This document shows, piece after piece, positions 18,393-27,882 of a DNA stretch of 64,000 bases. Below the pieces are notes generated by a model. That model searched no databases. It worked only from the letters and a program-made list of their open reading frames with translations, and was not told the origin of the DNA. Origin of the DNA: an uncultured bacterium (GTDB taxonomy: Bacteria > Zixibacteria > MSB-5A5 > UBA10806); the NCBI GenBank assembly GCA_965541585.1, contig CBEUCH010000003.1, forward strand, positions 181,516 through 245,515, written 5' to 3'. Positions within the stretch are counted from its first letter, which is position 1. The number at the start of each line of letters is the position of its first letter. Made by a program: the position numbers and the translations under genes.

Positions 18393-20867
18393 ATGAACGA
18401 AATGTTCACCGAGAAAGCTCGTAAAGCGATTGAGTATGCCAGGGACGAAGCGGCCAGGCTCAAGCATGATTATATAGGAACAGAGCACCTGCTGCTGGGA
18501 CTGATTCGATTGGGCGAAGGGCTTGCCGTCGAGATTCTAAATAATATCGGAATAGATGCCAATGAGCTTAAAGCGTCTGTCGAAGAAATGGTGCAGCCAT
18601 CCGGCGGAACCATGCAGATGGGGCAGCTGCCCTTGACCGCCCGTGCCAAGAAGACGCTGGAGGTTTCGGGAAACGAGGCCCGTGCTCTGAAGTCGAAAGA
18701 TATCGATACCCAGCATATCCTGCTGGCCTTATTGAAAGATGAGGAAGGCGTGGCCGCGCAGGTCATGTCCATGTATGATGTGGATTACAAGGAGGTCTAC
18801 GAAGAGCTTCGCAACATTCAGTCGGGTAAACCTTCGGCCTTCGGCCGCAAGCGCAAGAAATCAAAGACTCCGGCCCTGGATCATTTCGGGCGGGATCTGA
18901 CCGAGCTTGCCCGTAGGGACCAGCTCGATCCGATTATAGGCCGTGACGATGAAATAGAGCGGGTAACGCAGATCCTTTCGCGGCGAAAGAAAAACAATCC
19001 GGTTCTGATCGGTGAGCCGGGAGTCGGGAAAACAGCGATCGCAGAAGGCTTAGCTCAGAGGATTGTAGTGAGCAAGGTGCCGCAGATTCTGGAGGGTAAA
19101 AGGATCGTCACTCTCGATATGGCATCCCTCGTCGCCGGGACCAAATATCGCGGTCAGTTCGAAGAACGGCTCAAGGCCGTCATGAACGAGATTCTCAATT
19201 CAAAGGACGTCATTATCTTCATTGATGAGCTACATACTATAGTCGGAGCCGGCGGAGCCGAGGGGTCCCTCGACGCGTCCAATATTTTTAAACCTGCTCT
19301 TTCAAGAGGCGAACTGCAGTGCATCGGGGCTACCACTTTGAACGAATACCGCAAGTATATTGAAAAGGACGGGGCGCTGGATAGACGATTCCAGACCGTG
19401 ATGATCGACCCTCCATCGACAGCCGATACTATCGAGATCCTGAAAGGGCTCAGATCACGGTATGAGGAGCATCACAAGGTGACCATAACGGACGAGGCGA
19501 TTCTGGCGGCGGTGAATCTCTCCGAAAGGTATATTTCAGGTAAGTTCCAGCCCGATAAAGCCATCGATATTGTGGATGAGACCGGCTCGCGGGCGCATCT
19601 CTCCGCTTATACCAAACCGGATACCTTCGCCCAACTCGAGGATGAGATCGCCAATTTGACCACCCAGAAGGAAGCGGCGGTCAAAAGCCAGGAATTCGAG
19701 CGAGCGGCCCAGCTTCGCGATACTATAAAATTTAAGAGAGAAGAGTATGAGAAGCTGAAAAAGGAGTGGGAGGAGCAAAGGAACAGCGAGAAAATCGAGT
19801 TGAAAGAGGACGATATCGCATTTGTTATCTCCAAAATGACAGGTATCCCGCTGTTCAAGCTCGAAGAAAAGGAATCAAAAAAACTCCTTCGTATGGAAGA
19901 CGAACTCTCCCGGAGAGTGGTCGGACAAGAAGAGGCGATAAACGCAATTGCCAAGGCCATCAGAAGGACCAGGGCTGGCCTGAAAGATCCCCATCGACCG
20001 ATCGGGTCGTTCTTATTCCTCGGCCCGACGGGCGTCGGCAAAACCGAGTTAGCCAAAGCTCTTTCAGCGTTCTTGTTCGAGGACGAAGAATCTCTGGTGC
20101 GGATAGATATGTCCGAGTATATGGAAAAGTTTGCGGTGTCGCGCTTGATCGGCGCGCCCCCCGGTTATGTGGGATATGAAGAGGGTGGACAATTGACGGA
20201 AAAAGTCCGCCGTAAACCCTACTCCGTCGTTCTGCTCGATGAGATTGAAAAAGCTCATCCCGAGGTTTTCAATATTCTCCTGCAGCTCCTGGACGAGGGA
20301 CAATTGACCGATTCTTTCGGGCGCAAGGTCGATTTCAGAAACACTGTGGTCATTATGACCTCCAATATGGGAACTCGGCAGGCAATAGCCGGCAAATCTC
20401 TGGGATTCCAGAAAGATGATGCCAAGACCGACTATGACAAAATGAAAGAACGTATACTCGATGAAATGAAAAGAACCTTTAATCCCGAATTGATAAACAG
20501 GATCGATGAGACGGTTATTTTCCATGCTCTCAGCAAAGACCACATTCTTGAGATCATAGATATCCTGATGGCAGATCTGGCGAAAAGGTTAGTAGAGAAG
20601 AACATCACTATCGAGCTTCAACAGGACGCCAAAGAATTCATAGCTGATAAAGGCTGGGATCCGACGTTCGGAGCCAGGCCGCTGAAGCGCTCGTTGCAGA
20701 AACATCTCGAGGATCCGCTTGCCGAGGAAATGCTGAAAAGCGAGCTTCCGAGTAATTGTGTCGTCACAGTCTCCAGGGAGCAGAACGAGGACGGACTTAC
20801 CTTCGATATCAAAGTGATAAAAGACGCAGATAAGGCGAAAGCGCAAGAATCCAATGCCTCAGGCTGA
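18393..20867 (+). CDS. clpC: ATP-dependent Clp protease ATPase ClpC
   Basis: Double Clp-N repeat, two AAA+ modules ([16 protein letters not shown]), UVR middle domain, LGF ClpP-binding loop. Confidence 0.96.
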   Translation: MNEMFTEKARKAIEYARDEAARLKHDYIGTEHLLLGLIRLGEGLAVEILNNIGIDANELKASVEEMVQPSGGTMQMGQLPLTARAKKTLEVSGNEARALKSKDIDTQHILLALLKDEEGVAAQVMSMYDVDYKEVYEELRNIQSGKPSAFGRKRKKSKTPALDHFGRDLTELARRDQLDPIIGRDDEIERVTQILSRRKKNNPVLIGEPGVGKTAIAEGLAQRIVVSKVPQILEGKRIVTLDMASLVAGTKYRGQFEERLKAVMNEILNSKDVIIFIDELHTIVGAGGAEGSLDASNIFKPALSRGELQCIGATTLNEYRKYIEKDGALDRRFQTVMIDPPSTADTIEILKGLRSRYEEHHKVTITDEAILAAVNLSERYISGKFQPDKAIDIVDETGSRAHLSAYTKPDTFAQLEDEIANLTTQKEAAVKSQEFERAAQLRDTIKFKREEYEKLKKEWEEQRNSEKIELKEDDIAFVISKMTGIPLFKLEEKESKKLLRMEDELSRRVVGQEEAINAIAKAIRRTRAGLKDPHRPIGSFLFLGPTGVGKTELAKALSAFLFEDEESLVRIDMSEYMEKFAVSRLIGAPPGYVGYEEGGQLTEKVRRKPYSVVLLDEIEKAHPEVFNILLQLLDEGQLTDSFGRKVDFRNTVVIMTSNMGTRQAIAGKSLGFQKDDAKTDYDKMKERILDEMKRTFNPELINRIDETVIFHALSKDHILEIIDILMADLAKRLVEKNITIELQQDAKEFIADKGWDPTFGARPLKRSLQKHLEDPLAEEMLKSELPSNCVVTVSREQNEDGLTFDIKVIKDADKAKAQESNASG

Positions 20868-20926
20868 GATATTATGAGTTTCATCCGGCGATCCCGGAGC
20901 AGAATATCAAAAAATTAAAAAGAGAC

Positions 20927-20954
20927 TTGACAGAGCGAAATGAAATTGTAAATT
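20927..20954 (+). promoter_or_regulatory. Putative sigma70 promoter of rpmA
   Basis: TTGACA-N16-TAAATT preceded by an A-rich UP-like tract. Confidence 0.55.
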
Positions 20955-20979
20955 GTGACGTTTAGGAAAGGGGAATGTA

Positions 20980-21231
20980 GTGGCGCACAAAAAGGGACTC
21001 GGTTCTTCCAAGAACGGGCGGGACTCACACGGTCAACGGTTGGGTGTTAAAGCCTACGGGGGCCAGTGGGTAACTGCCGGTTCTATTATCGTGCGCCAGC
21101 GTGGAACCAATATCCATCCTGGTGAGAATGTTGGTCACGCCAAGGATCACACTCTGTTCGCTCTGATTGATGGCAGGATACAGTTTCTGCGCAAAGGCCG
21201 GGATAAAAAACTGGTTTCGATCGTCTCGTAA
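20980..21231 (+). CDS. rpmA: 50S ribosomal protein L27
   Basis: [30 protein letters not shown]. Confidence 0.97.
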   Translation: MAHKKGLGSSKNGRDSHGQRLGVKAYGGQWVTAGSIIVRQRGTNIHPGENVGHAKDHTLFALIDGRIQFLRKGRDKKLVSIVS

Positions 21232-21260
21232 AAGCGCCCCGCGCAAAGGCGCGGGGTTTT
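21230..21260 (+). terminator. Rho-independent terminator after rpmA
   Basis: CCCCGCGC-aaag-GCGCGGGG followed by TTTT. Confidence 0.75.
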
Positions 21261-21273
21261 GTTGTTGTTCTCG

Positions 21274-21291
21274 ATGTGAATAATATCACAT
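21274..21291. promoter_or_regulatory. TGTGA-N6-TCACA palindrome (CRP/FNR- or Rex-type site)
   Basis: ATGTGA-ATAATA-TCACAT, ending about 20 bp upstream of the 21313 start. Confidence 0.5.
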
Positions 21292-21312
21292 GATCTTTAA
21301 AAGCTAATTGAA

Positions 21313-21942
21313 ATGGCAATGTCCCCCAGGAAAATAGGGTTATTCATCACGGGAGGCAATCCCTGGGAGATCGTCTTTAGCATACTGCACCTTGAGAAAC
21401 GAAAATTACTAAGACTTCCCATTACAATAGACATAGATGGTTCTTCAGCTTCTGATGTGGAATTGGAAAAAGAACTCTCTCGGTTGACGCCGATCTCGAT
21501 TGAGAAAGTCAAAGCGACCGGGATCGATGCTGTCATCATACCGGGCGGCATGCGTTTTTTCAGGGGACTTTGCGATTTTGAGGCAGCCCGTGACACCATG
21601 AAAGTTGACGATAGGCTGAAGACTCTCATAAAAGGGATTTATCGTCTCGGAAAACCTATAGGGGCTTTCGGTCCCGGGGCATTGCTGGTGACGAAAGCGC
21701 TCCAGGGGATAACCAGGTCGGGGCCCGTGGTAACCGTCGGCAACGATCCCAGGCTCCAGGCGGGAATAGAGAAAAACGGCGCTCAGACCGTGATTACGCG
21801 TCCCGGAGAGGTCGTTCTCGATGAGACTAACAAACTGGTAACATCCGGGGGAGAACTTGGAACCAAGAGAGTTGGCGAGGTTAACGCTGCCTGCGAAAAT
21901 CTGCTTTCCGGTCTGACCGAATTAATGATAGATAGGAAGTGA
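21313..21942 (+). CDS. ElbB/ES1-like DJ-1/PfpI superfamily protein, degenerate active site
   Basis: DAVIIPGG, KPIGA, VTVGND, VVLDETNKLVT match ElbB; the Cys of GxxC is absent. Confidence 0.7.
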   Translation: MAMSPRKIGLFITGGNPWEIVFSILHLEKRKLLRLPITIDIDGSSASDVELEKELSRLTPISIEKVKATGIDAVIIPGGMRFFRGLCDFEAARDTMKVDDRLKTLIKGIYRLGKPIGAFGPGALLVTKALQGITRSGPVVTVGNDPRLQAGIEKNGAQTVITRPGEVVLDETNKLVTSGGELGTKRVGEVNAACENLLSGLTELMIDRK

Positions 21943-22787
21943 CTATGAGAGATATCGACGTTGGCGAGATCACCAGTGCGATCAAAGGCCTGTCCACGGA
22001 AGCCAACTATTATCTGGGCGACGATGTAGTTAAGGCGCTTAATTCTGCTTCCGAAAAGGAGGAATCTCCTCTGGGAAAAGAGATCATAAACCAGATTCTT
22101 GAAAACGCCAGAATCGCCGCAACCGAGGATATGCCCCTGTGCCAGGACACTGGCCTTTCGGCCATCTTCGTTGATTTAGGGCAGGATGTGCATCTCGTGG
22201 GTGATGGTTTGGAAGAGGCGATTCAGGACGGAATCCGACAGGGCTACGGCGATGGTTACCTGAGAAAATCGATGGTGGAGGATCCTCTTCGGCGTAAAAA
22301 CACGGGCGATAATACTCCTGCTGTCATATCAGTCAGGATTGTCCCCGGCGATAAGATCAGGATCACAATACTGCCCAAGGGTGGCGGCTCGGAGAATATG
22401 AGCGCCATCAGGATGCTCAAACCCTCTGATGGTGAGTCAGCTGTAAAAGACTTCATCCTGGAGACAGTCAGAAATGCCGGTGGGAATCCGTGCCCGCCGA
22501 TTATCGTTGGAGTGGGTGTCGGAGGCTCGTTCGACAAATGCGCTTATCTCGCCAAGCGGGCGCTTCTTCGCGAAGTGGGCAGCGTTCATTCCGACCGGTA
22601 CTACGCCGGAATGGAAAAAGAGCTTCTGGAGAGAATAAATGATACCGGCATAGGTCCCCAGGGGCTCGGTGGCAGGACTACGGCTCTGGCCGTTCATATC
22701 GAAACGCATCCCTGCCACATTGCAAGTCTTCCGGTTGCCGTCAACCTCCAATGCCATTCGGCTCGCCACAAAGAAATCGTGATCTGA
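21939..22787 (+). CDS. Class I fumarate hydratase, alpha subunit (Fe-S hydro-lyase)
   Basis: PLCQDTG, NTGDNTP, KGGGSEN, NPCPP, HIASLPVAVNLQCH. Confidence 0.9.
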   Translation: MTMRDIDVGEITSAIKGLSTEANYYLGDDVVKALNSASEKEESPLGKEIINQILENARIAATEDMPLCQDTGLSAIFVDLGQDVHLVGDGLEEAIQDGIRQGYGDGYLRKSMVEDPLRRKNTGDNTPAVISVRIVPGDKIRITILPKGGGSENMSAIRMLKPSDGESAVKDFILETVRNAGGNPCPPIIVGVGVGGSFDKCAYLAKRALLREVGSVHSDRYYAGMEKELLERINDTGIGPQGLGGRTTALAVHIETHPCHIASLPVAVNLQCHSARHKEIVI

Positions 22788-22800
22788 GGAGTTTATCAAT

Positions 22801-23352
22801 ATGCAAGCGATTAGATTAAATCCACCGTTGAAAGACGAGGATATAAAAAAACTCCATTCCGGTCAGAAAGCGATTATAACGGGATACATTTATACTGCAC
22901 GCGATGCCGCCCATAAGAAGATGGTCGAACTTGTAGAGAAAAATGAGAGTCTGCCTTTCGATCCCACGGGGCAGATAGTCTATTTTGTCGGCCCTACTCC
23001 TGCAAAGCCGGGTCGGATTATCGGTTCGGCCGGGCCAACGACATCCGGCAGAATGAACAAATATTCACCCGTTATGCTGAAGGCAGGTTTAAAGGGAATG
23101 ATCGGCAAAGGCGAAATGGGCCCCGAGGTTGCTGAGGCCCTCCGGGAATATAAAGGTGTCTATTTCGTGGCTACCGGTGGAGCCGGGGCGCTTATTGCCA
23201 AAAAGATTTCGGAATCCGAGATAGTCGCATACGAGGAATTGGGGCCGGAGGCCGTTCGTCGACTTAAGGTTACTGATTTCCCGGTGATCGTCGCCCAGGA
23301 TTGCCACGGAGGAAATCTATTCAAAGAAGGAGTCGTGAAATACAGAAGATGA
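22801..23352 (+). CDS. Class I fumarate hydratase, beta subunit
   Basis: TARDAAH, GPTTSGRM, GMIGKG, ELGPEA. Confidence 0.9.
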   Translation: MQAIRLNPPLKDEDIKKLHSGQKAIITGYIYTARDAAHKKMVELVEKNESLPFDPTGQIVYFVGPTPAKPGRIIGSAGPTTSGRMNKYSPVMLKAGLKGMIGKGEMGPEVAEALREYKGVYFVATGGAGALIAKKISESEIVAYEELGPEAVRRLKVTDFPVIVAQDCHGGNLFKEGVVKYRR

Positions 23353-23542
23353 TGGAATCGTCATCAGGTTTCAACGCAGATAGATATTTTAAAAAGCGGA
23401 CTTTTTTGACCCGAGTCGTGAAAAACAATCGCTCCCGCCGAAAATTTTGCTCTCTCATTATTGCGATTCTTTCCAGGGGAAAGATGATATTTATGAATCT
23501 CTGCCAATTCGGCATCGGCCGAATCTTTGCAGGAGGCGTTAG

Positions 23543-23920
23543 ATGAATCATACGATCGCATCCAGAAGCGTATTATTCTGGCTGCTTCAACGAGTATCCG
23601 GTCTGCTCCTGGCGATCTTCTTATTTACTCATGTGAAAGTACTCCACTGGGATTTTGATTTTACAACTCAGGGCTTGTTGGATTTCACCTTCGTGATAGA
23701 CCGGCTTCAGGGAAGTGTGGGTTGGTCTATATTCTACTTTCTTTTTATCATCTCGGCCTTGTTCCACGGCCTTAGCGGACTCTGGGCCGTCGTGCTCGAT
23801 TTCAGACCGTCTAAAATATTCCAGCATGTGTGGTTGGCGGTGTTATGGACGGTGGGTATTATAGCCGCCTATTACGGTCTCACTACCCTGAGCGCATTCT
23901 TCAGAGGGGGGGCGGCATGA
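23543..23920 (+). CDS. sdhD: Succinate dehydrogenase hydrophobic anchor subunit (SdhD-like)
   Basis: WLLQRVSG..H, FHG..G...V..DF; 3 TMs. Confidence 0.75.
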   Translation: MNHTIASRSVLFWLLQRVSGLLLAIFLFTHVKVLHWDFDFTTQGLLDFTFVIDRLQGSVGWSIFYFLFIISALFHGLSGLWAVVLDFRPSKIFQHVWLAVLWTVGIIAAYYGLTTLSAFFRGGAA

Positions 23921-24333
23921 AGATCATAGATGTATTCAAGGGTACCCTGGATGAGGTTAGACTCAATCCAAACGTTGGCACCTGGTCCTGGATTCTTCAC
24001 CGTATTTCGGGACTCCTTCTTCTATTTTACCTGTTTACCCATCTCTGGGTGCTGGGATCGGTGAATAGCGGTCAGGAAGCGTTCAATACCCGAATGCAAT
24101 CGGTTCAAACGCCGCTTTTCCATTTCCTGGAAATCGGCCTGGTTCTTGTGATCTTTTATCACATGGTAAACGGCATCGTTATAGCCTTCATGGATTTTGC
24201 GGATATTTCGGAAAAACATAAAATCCTGGTTACGGTTATGGTGGCTCTGTTTGCAATCCTGGCCATCGTTACATTTGCAGTCATGCTGCCGAGGGTATTT
24301 GGCTCCCATGCAATGGTGGGGGTGCACGTATGA
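23917..24333 (+). CDS. sdhC: Succinate dehydrogenase cytochrome b subunit (SdhC-like)
   Basis: GTWSWILHRISG..H, YHMVNG; ATGA overlaps on both sides. Confidence 0.78.
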   Translation: MKIIDVFKGTLDEVRLNPNVGTWSWILHRISGLLLLFYLFTHLWVLGSVNSGQEAFNTRMQSVQTPLFHFLEIGLVLVIFYHMVNGIVIAFMDFADISEKHKILVTVMVALFAILAIVTFAVMLPRVFGSHAMVGVHV

Positions 24334-26033
24334 TTTTCCACGACGTTGTGGTAGTTGGGGGTGGTCTGGCCGGTATGCGGGCCGCCATCGAGGCCGCCAG
24401 CGGTGGCGCTGATGTGGCTTTAATCTCGAAGGTTCACGCTCTAAGATCTCATTCCGGAGCCGCCCAGGGTGGAATCAACGCTGCCGTGGCGAATAATCCC
24501 GATTCCAGCGATGACACTCCGGAGAGACACGCCTACGATACTATCAAGGGCTCCGATTTCCTGGCGGATCAGCAAGCGGCTATAAACATGACATCCGATG
24601 CCCCCGGTGTGATCTATGAAATGGAGCACTGGGGTTGCCCTTTTTCGAGGATGGAGAACGGGAAAATCGCTCAGCGTCCATTCGGCGGAGCCGGCTATCC
24701 CAGGACCTGCTATGGCGCCGATAAAACCGGGCTATATCTGCTTCATACACTCTATGAGCAAACCATTCGACTCAATACCCGCTACTATGAGGAATGGATG
24801 GTTCTCCAGCTGGCAATCGATGAATCAGGTACCTGCAAGGGCGTGGTTGCCTTAAACATCCCCGATGGCACCCTGGAGATGATAGCCGCTAATGCGGTTA
24901 TATTTGCCACCGGCGGTTCGGGCAGGTTGTATGGAAACACGACCAATGCGCATATCTCTACCGCCTTAGGCCTGGCAATACCTTATTGGGCGGGGATTCC
25001 TCTGAAGGATATGGAATTTATCCAGTTTCACCCGACCGGCTTATTTAAGTCCAATATACTGATGACGGAGGGGTGTCGTGGCGAGGGTGGTTACCTGACC
25101 AATGCCGACGGTGAACGATTTATGAAGCGATACGTCTCGGAGAAGGTGATGGAACTGGCTCCGCGTGATATCGTCAGCCGCTCCATCGCCACGGAGATCG
25201 AGGAAGGACGAGGATTTGAAGGCGGCTACGTCCATCTCGATTTGCGACATCTCGGCAAAGATAAGATACTCGAACGTCTTCCCGGTATTCGCGAGATTTG
25301 CCTGGACTTCGCCGGCCTGGATCCGATCGATAAACCCATCCCCATCAATCCGGCTGTGCATTATACCATGGGCGGAATCGACTGCAACGCCGATGGCGAG
25401 ACAAAATCTCCCGGGTTTTATGCCGCAGGGGAATGTTCATGCGTATCGGTTCACGGCGCCAACAGGCTCGGCGGTAATTCCCTGCTGGACACGATTGTTT
25501 TCGGCAGAAGAACAGGGGCGGCGGCGGCTAAATATGTAAAGAGCCTGAACAAGGCTGGCGATGATGCGACTTTGAACAAAGCCAGACAAAAAATCGAGGA
25601 TCGGATAGCGGCAATGTCCAATCCCGCAGGCACGGAAAATCCCTACAAGATCAAAGATGAATTGCAATCAATGATGCCTGTTAATGTCGGCATCTATCGC
25701 ACCGGCAATGAGTTAGAGGCAGGACTTAAATTTATACATGATTTGAAAAATCGCTTCGGGAAAATTAGACCTCCGAGTAAAACCCGGGCTTTCAATATGG
25801 ATAAAGTCTGGATTCTGGAACTGTCCGGAAATCTCGATATCGCCGAGGTGGTCTGTGCCGGTGCTATTCGACGTACCGAAAGCCGGGGGGCCCATTTTAG
25901 ACGGGATTATGACAAACGTGATGATGATAACTGGCTGCACCATACTCTGGCAACTTGCACCCCATCGGGACCGGAATTTTCTACCAGTGTTGTCGATCTC
26001 CTCAAATATCCTCCGGAGGAAAGGAAGTACTAA
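24330..26033 (+). CDS. sdhA: Succinate dehydrogenase/fumarate reductase flavoprotein
   Basis: GGGLAG, RSHSGAAQGG (covalent FAD His), QFHPT, ELAPRD, HYTMGG, HGANRLGGNSL. Confidence 0.95.
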   Translation: MIFHDVVVVGGGLAGMRAAIEAASGGADVALISKVHALRSHSGAAQGGINAAVANNPDSSDDTPERHAYDTIKGSDFLADQQAAINMTSDAPGVIYEMEHWGCPFSRMENGKIAQRPFGGAGYPRTCYGADKTGLYLLHTLYEQTIRLNTRYYEEWMVLQLAIDESGTCKGVVALNIPDGTLEMIAANAVIFATGGSGRLYGNTTNAHISTALGLAIPYWAGIPLKDMEFIQFHPTGLFKSNILMTEGCRGEGGYLTNADGERFMKRYVSEKVMELAPRDIVSRSIATEIEEGRGFEGGYVHLDLRHLGKDKILERLPGIREICLDFAGLDPIDKPIPINPAVHYTMGGIDCNADGETKSPGFYAAGECSCVSVHGANRLGGNSLLDTIVFGRRTGAAAAKYVKSLNKAGDDATLNKARQKIEDRIAAMSNPAGTENPYKIKDELQSMMPVNVGIYRTGNELEAGLKFIHDLKNRFGKIRPPSKTRAFNMDKVWILELSGNLDIAEVVCAGAIRRTESRGAHFRRDYDKRDDDNWLHHTLATCTPSGPEFSTSVVDLLKYPPEERKY

Positions 26034-26034
26034 T

Positions 26035-26760
26035 ATGGCCGGATCATTTAAGATTTTCAGATTTGACCCCGATGACGGCCGTGAGCCCCACTTCCAGACC
26101 TTTCAGGTGGAGGCCACGGAGGGAATGACGGTTCTGGAGGGGATTTTCTGGATTCTTGAGAATGTGGATCCCTCGCTGGCATTCAGATGCAGTTGCAGGG
26201 AGGCCAATTGCGGCTCCTGTGCCATGCATATCAACGGTAAGTATCGCCTGGCCTGCAATACTCAAATCCACAGGCTCAAAGAACCGGTTACGCTCCGTCC
26301 GCTGTCTCATCTTCAGGTGCTCAAAGACCTGGTAGTCGATATGAAACCGTTCTGGGATACCTACGAAAAAATCAAACCGTATCTCATCCCGGGGGATGAG
26401 CCGCCGGAGAAAGAATATTATCAGTCGGTTGAGGACAGGAAGAAAATAGATCATCATATTGACTGCATTCTATGCGGGGCCTGCTACGGCTCCTGTCCTG
26501 TAGCTTATGGCGATCCCGATTATCTCGGGCCGCATGCGCTTCTGAAGGCTCTGAGATTTGTCGATGATTCCCGGGACGGGGCCGACGATGAGCGACTTGC
26601 AATGGTGGCCTCGGATAACGGCGTCTTCCGCTGTCATACGATCTTCAACTGCCAGATTGTCTGCCCCAAGGATCTCAATCCCACCGGCGCCATAAGCAAG
26701 CTGAAGAACAAGATCATTGTCAAAAAATACCCGTTCCTGAAATTCCTTGTTAGAAGTTAA
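26035..26760 (+). CDS. sdhB: Succinate dehydrogenase iron-sulfur subunit
   Basis: CREANCGSC..C, CILCGACYGSCP, CHTIFNCQIVCP. Confidence 0.95.
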   Translation: MAGSFKIFRFDPDDGREPHFQTFQVEATEGMTVLEGIFWILENVDPSLAFRCSCREANCGSCAMHINGKYRLACNTQIHRLKEPVTLRPLSHLQVLKDLVVDMKPFWDTYEKIKPYLIPGDEPPEKEYYQSVEDRKKIDHHIDCILCGACYGSCPVAYGDPDYLGPHALLKALRFVDDSRDGADDERLAMVASDNGVFRCHTIFNCQIVCPKDLNPTGAISKLKNKIIVKKYPFLKFLVRS

Positions 26761-26776
26761 AGCGATACAATTTTCC

Positions 26777-26800
26777 GTAGGGGCGAGGTCTCCTCGCCCT
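26777..26800 (+). repeat. GTAG-type REP-like palindrome, likely also the sdh terminator
   Basis: GTAG-GGGCGAGG-tct-CCTCGCCC followed by TTTTT. Confidence 0.65.
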
Positions 26801-26814
26801 TTTTCTCAGAATCT

Positions 26815-26858
26815 GTAGGTCGGGTTCCGCTGTGAGCGAAGCGAACGAGAAACCCGAC
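26815..26858 (+). repeat. GTAG-type REP-like palindrome
   Basis: GTAG-GTCGGGTT...AACCCGAC; the same arms recur at 27582-27624. Confidence 0.65.
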
Positions 26859-27003
26859 AGCTTGAATTATCGGCCTTTTCAGCGGCGTCGGAAACCCATA
26901 ATCGCGAGCCTTTGGTATTACAAATCAGGCCCTTTATGACAACGAATAGTTGGCAAGCTCCGGCCTTTAAACGCTGCCAGATAATGAAAACACAGCAAAT
27001 AAT

Positions 27004-27546
27004 CTAATGAAATTGTCTAAAAAGCCATTTATCTTCAAATTTATATAATTGCGTGCCGGCACCATCATAAATACTTCGAATTCCGTCGGAATTCATTTTT
27101 TGATCCGCAGGCCCTTTTTGTTTGGGATTATCAAGATAAACGAATTGATCCAGAGTCAAACTTGTATCTTTGAATACAGATAAACCGCGTGGAAAGTCAG
27201 GTATAAGCAAAACTTCATCTATGGATAACATGTCCCGAAAGTGTTCCCTCTTCGCGATAATAATAAAATATTCTTCTTTACCGCCTTCCAGTCTTTTACA
27301 CCAGAATACGGCACTATTATACTTCTTTACCCTGCCTTCATAAGGAAAATAACCGTAAACAAAACAAGGTTCTAAAGTACCTGGTCTCTTCGAATAGAAA
27401 TTCTGTAATTGTTCGTATCCATTATTTTCAGCAAGAGTAACCAGTTCTTCGGACATAATTAATATCTTTTCACCATCCGCCTTGATTGTGTTCCAGCATA
27501 TAGCCGCAACAACAACCGAAATCATAACGACAATAATTCGCTTCAC
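27004..27546 (-). CDS. Hypothetical secreted protein (AT-rich orphan)
   Basis: AAGGAG RBS, GTG start, Sec-like signal peptide MKRIIVVMISVVVAAICWNTIKA. Confidence 0.75.
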   Translation of the reverse strand: MKRIIVVMISVVVAAICWNTIKADGEKILIMSEELVTLAENNGYEQLQNFYSKRPGTLEPCFVYGYFPYEGRVKKYNSAVFWCKRLEGGKEEYFIIIAKREHFRDMLSIDEVLLIPDFPRGLSVFKDTSLTLDQFVYLDNPKQKGPADQKMNSDGIRSIYDGAGTQLYKFEDKWLFRQFH

Positions 27547-27581
27547 TTTTTCTCTCCTTATCTGAAGTTATTGATAAAGCG

Positions 27582-27624
27582 GTAGGTCGGGTTTTATGCG
27601 GTCATTAGGTGGACAAAACCCGAC
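27582..27624 (+). repeat. GTAG-type REP-like palindrome
   Basis: GTAG-GTCGGGTTTT...AAAACCCGAC. Confidence 0.65.
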
Positions 27625-27739
27625 ATTTATTCAATTACTTCCCAAATCCACATTTAAATTTCGGTTTTTCAATAACGCCCCAATCCCTTTGATAATACCT
27701 TATTATCGGCTACTTCATCATCCTTTTTAAAGCCTTGAT

Positions 27740-27764
27740 GCGGGAAGACAAGCTCCCCGCCTAC
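27740..27764 (-). repeat. GTAG-type REP-like palindrome (imperfect)
   Basis: Minus strand reads GTAG-GCGGG...CCCGC. Confidence 0.5.
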
Positions 27765-27858
27765 ATATTTCCGTATGTGCCTTGCCTGCGAGTCATGGCT
27801 TGCCATGACCGCCCATAATTCCGCATATGCGTTTGACAAAACGCCCTTTTGACACGAC

Positions 27859-27882
27859 GGGCGTTCAATTGAACGCCCCTAC
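27859..27882 (-). repeat. GTAG-type REP-like palindrome overlapping the rqcH stop codon
   Basis: Minus strand reads GTAG-GGGCGTTCAATTGAACGCCC (perfect 20-bp palindrome). Confidence 0.65.

Noticed and set aside
26860..27000. Possible integron attC site or c-di-GMP riboswitch downstream of the orphan gene
   Set aside because: No properly spaced RYYYAAC/GTTRRRY pair with a long stem, no complete GEMM motif, no integron integrase
26777..27882. Palindromes as a CRISPR array
   Set aside because: Repeats differ from each other, spacing is irregular, both orientations occur, no cas genes
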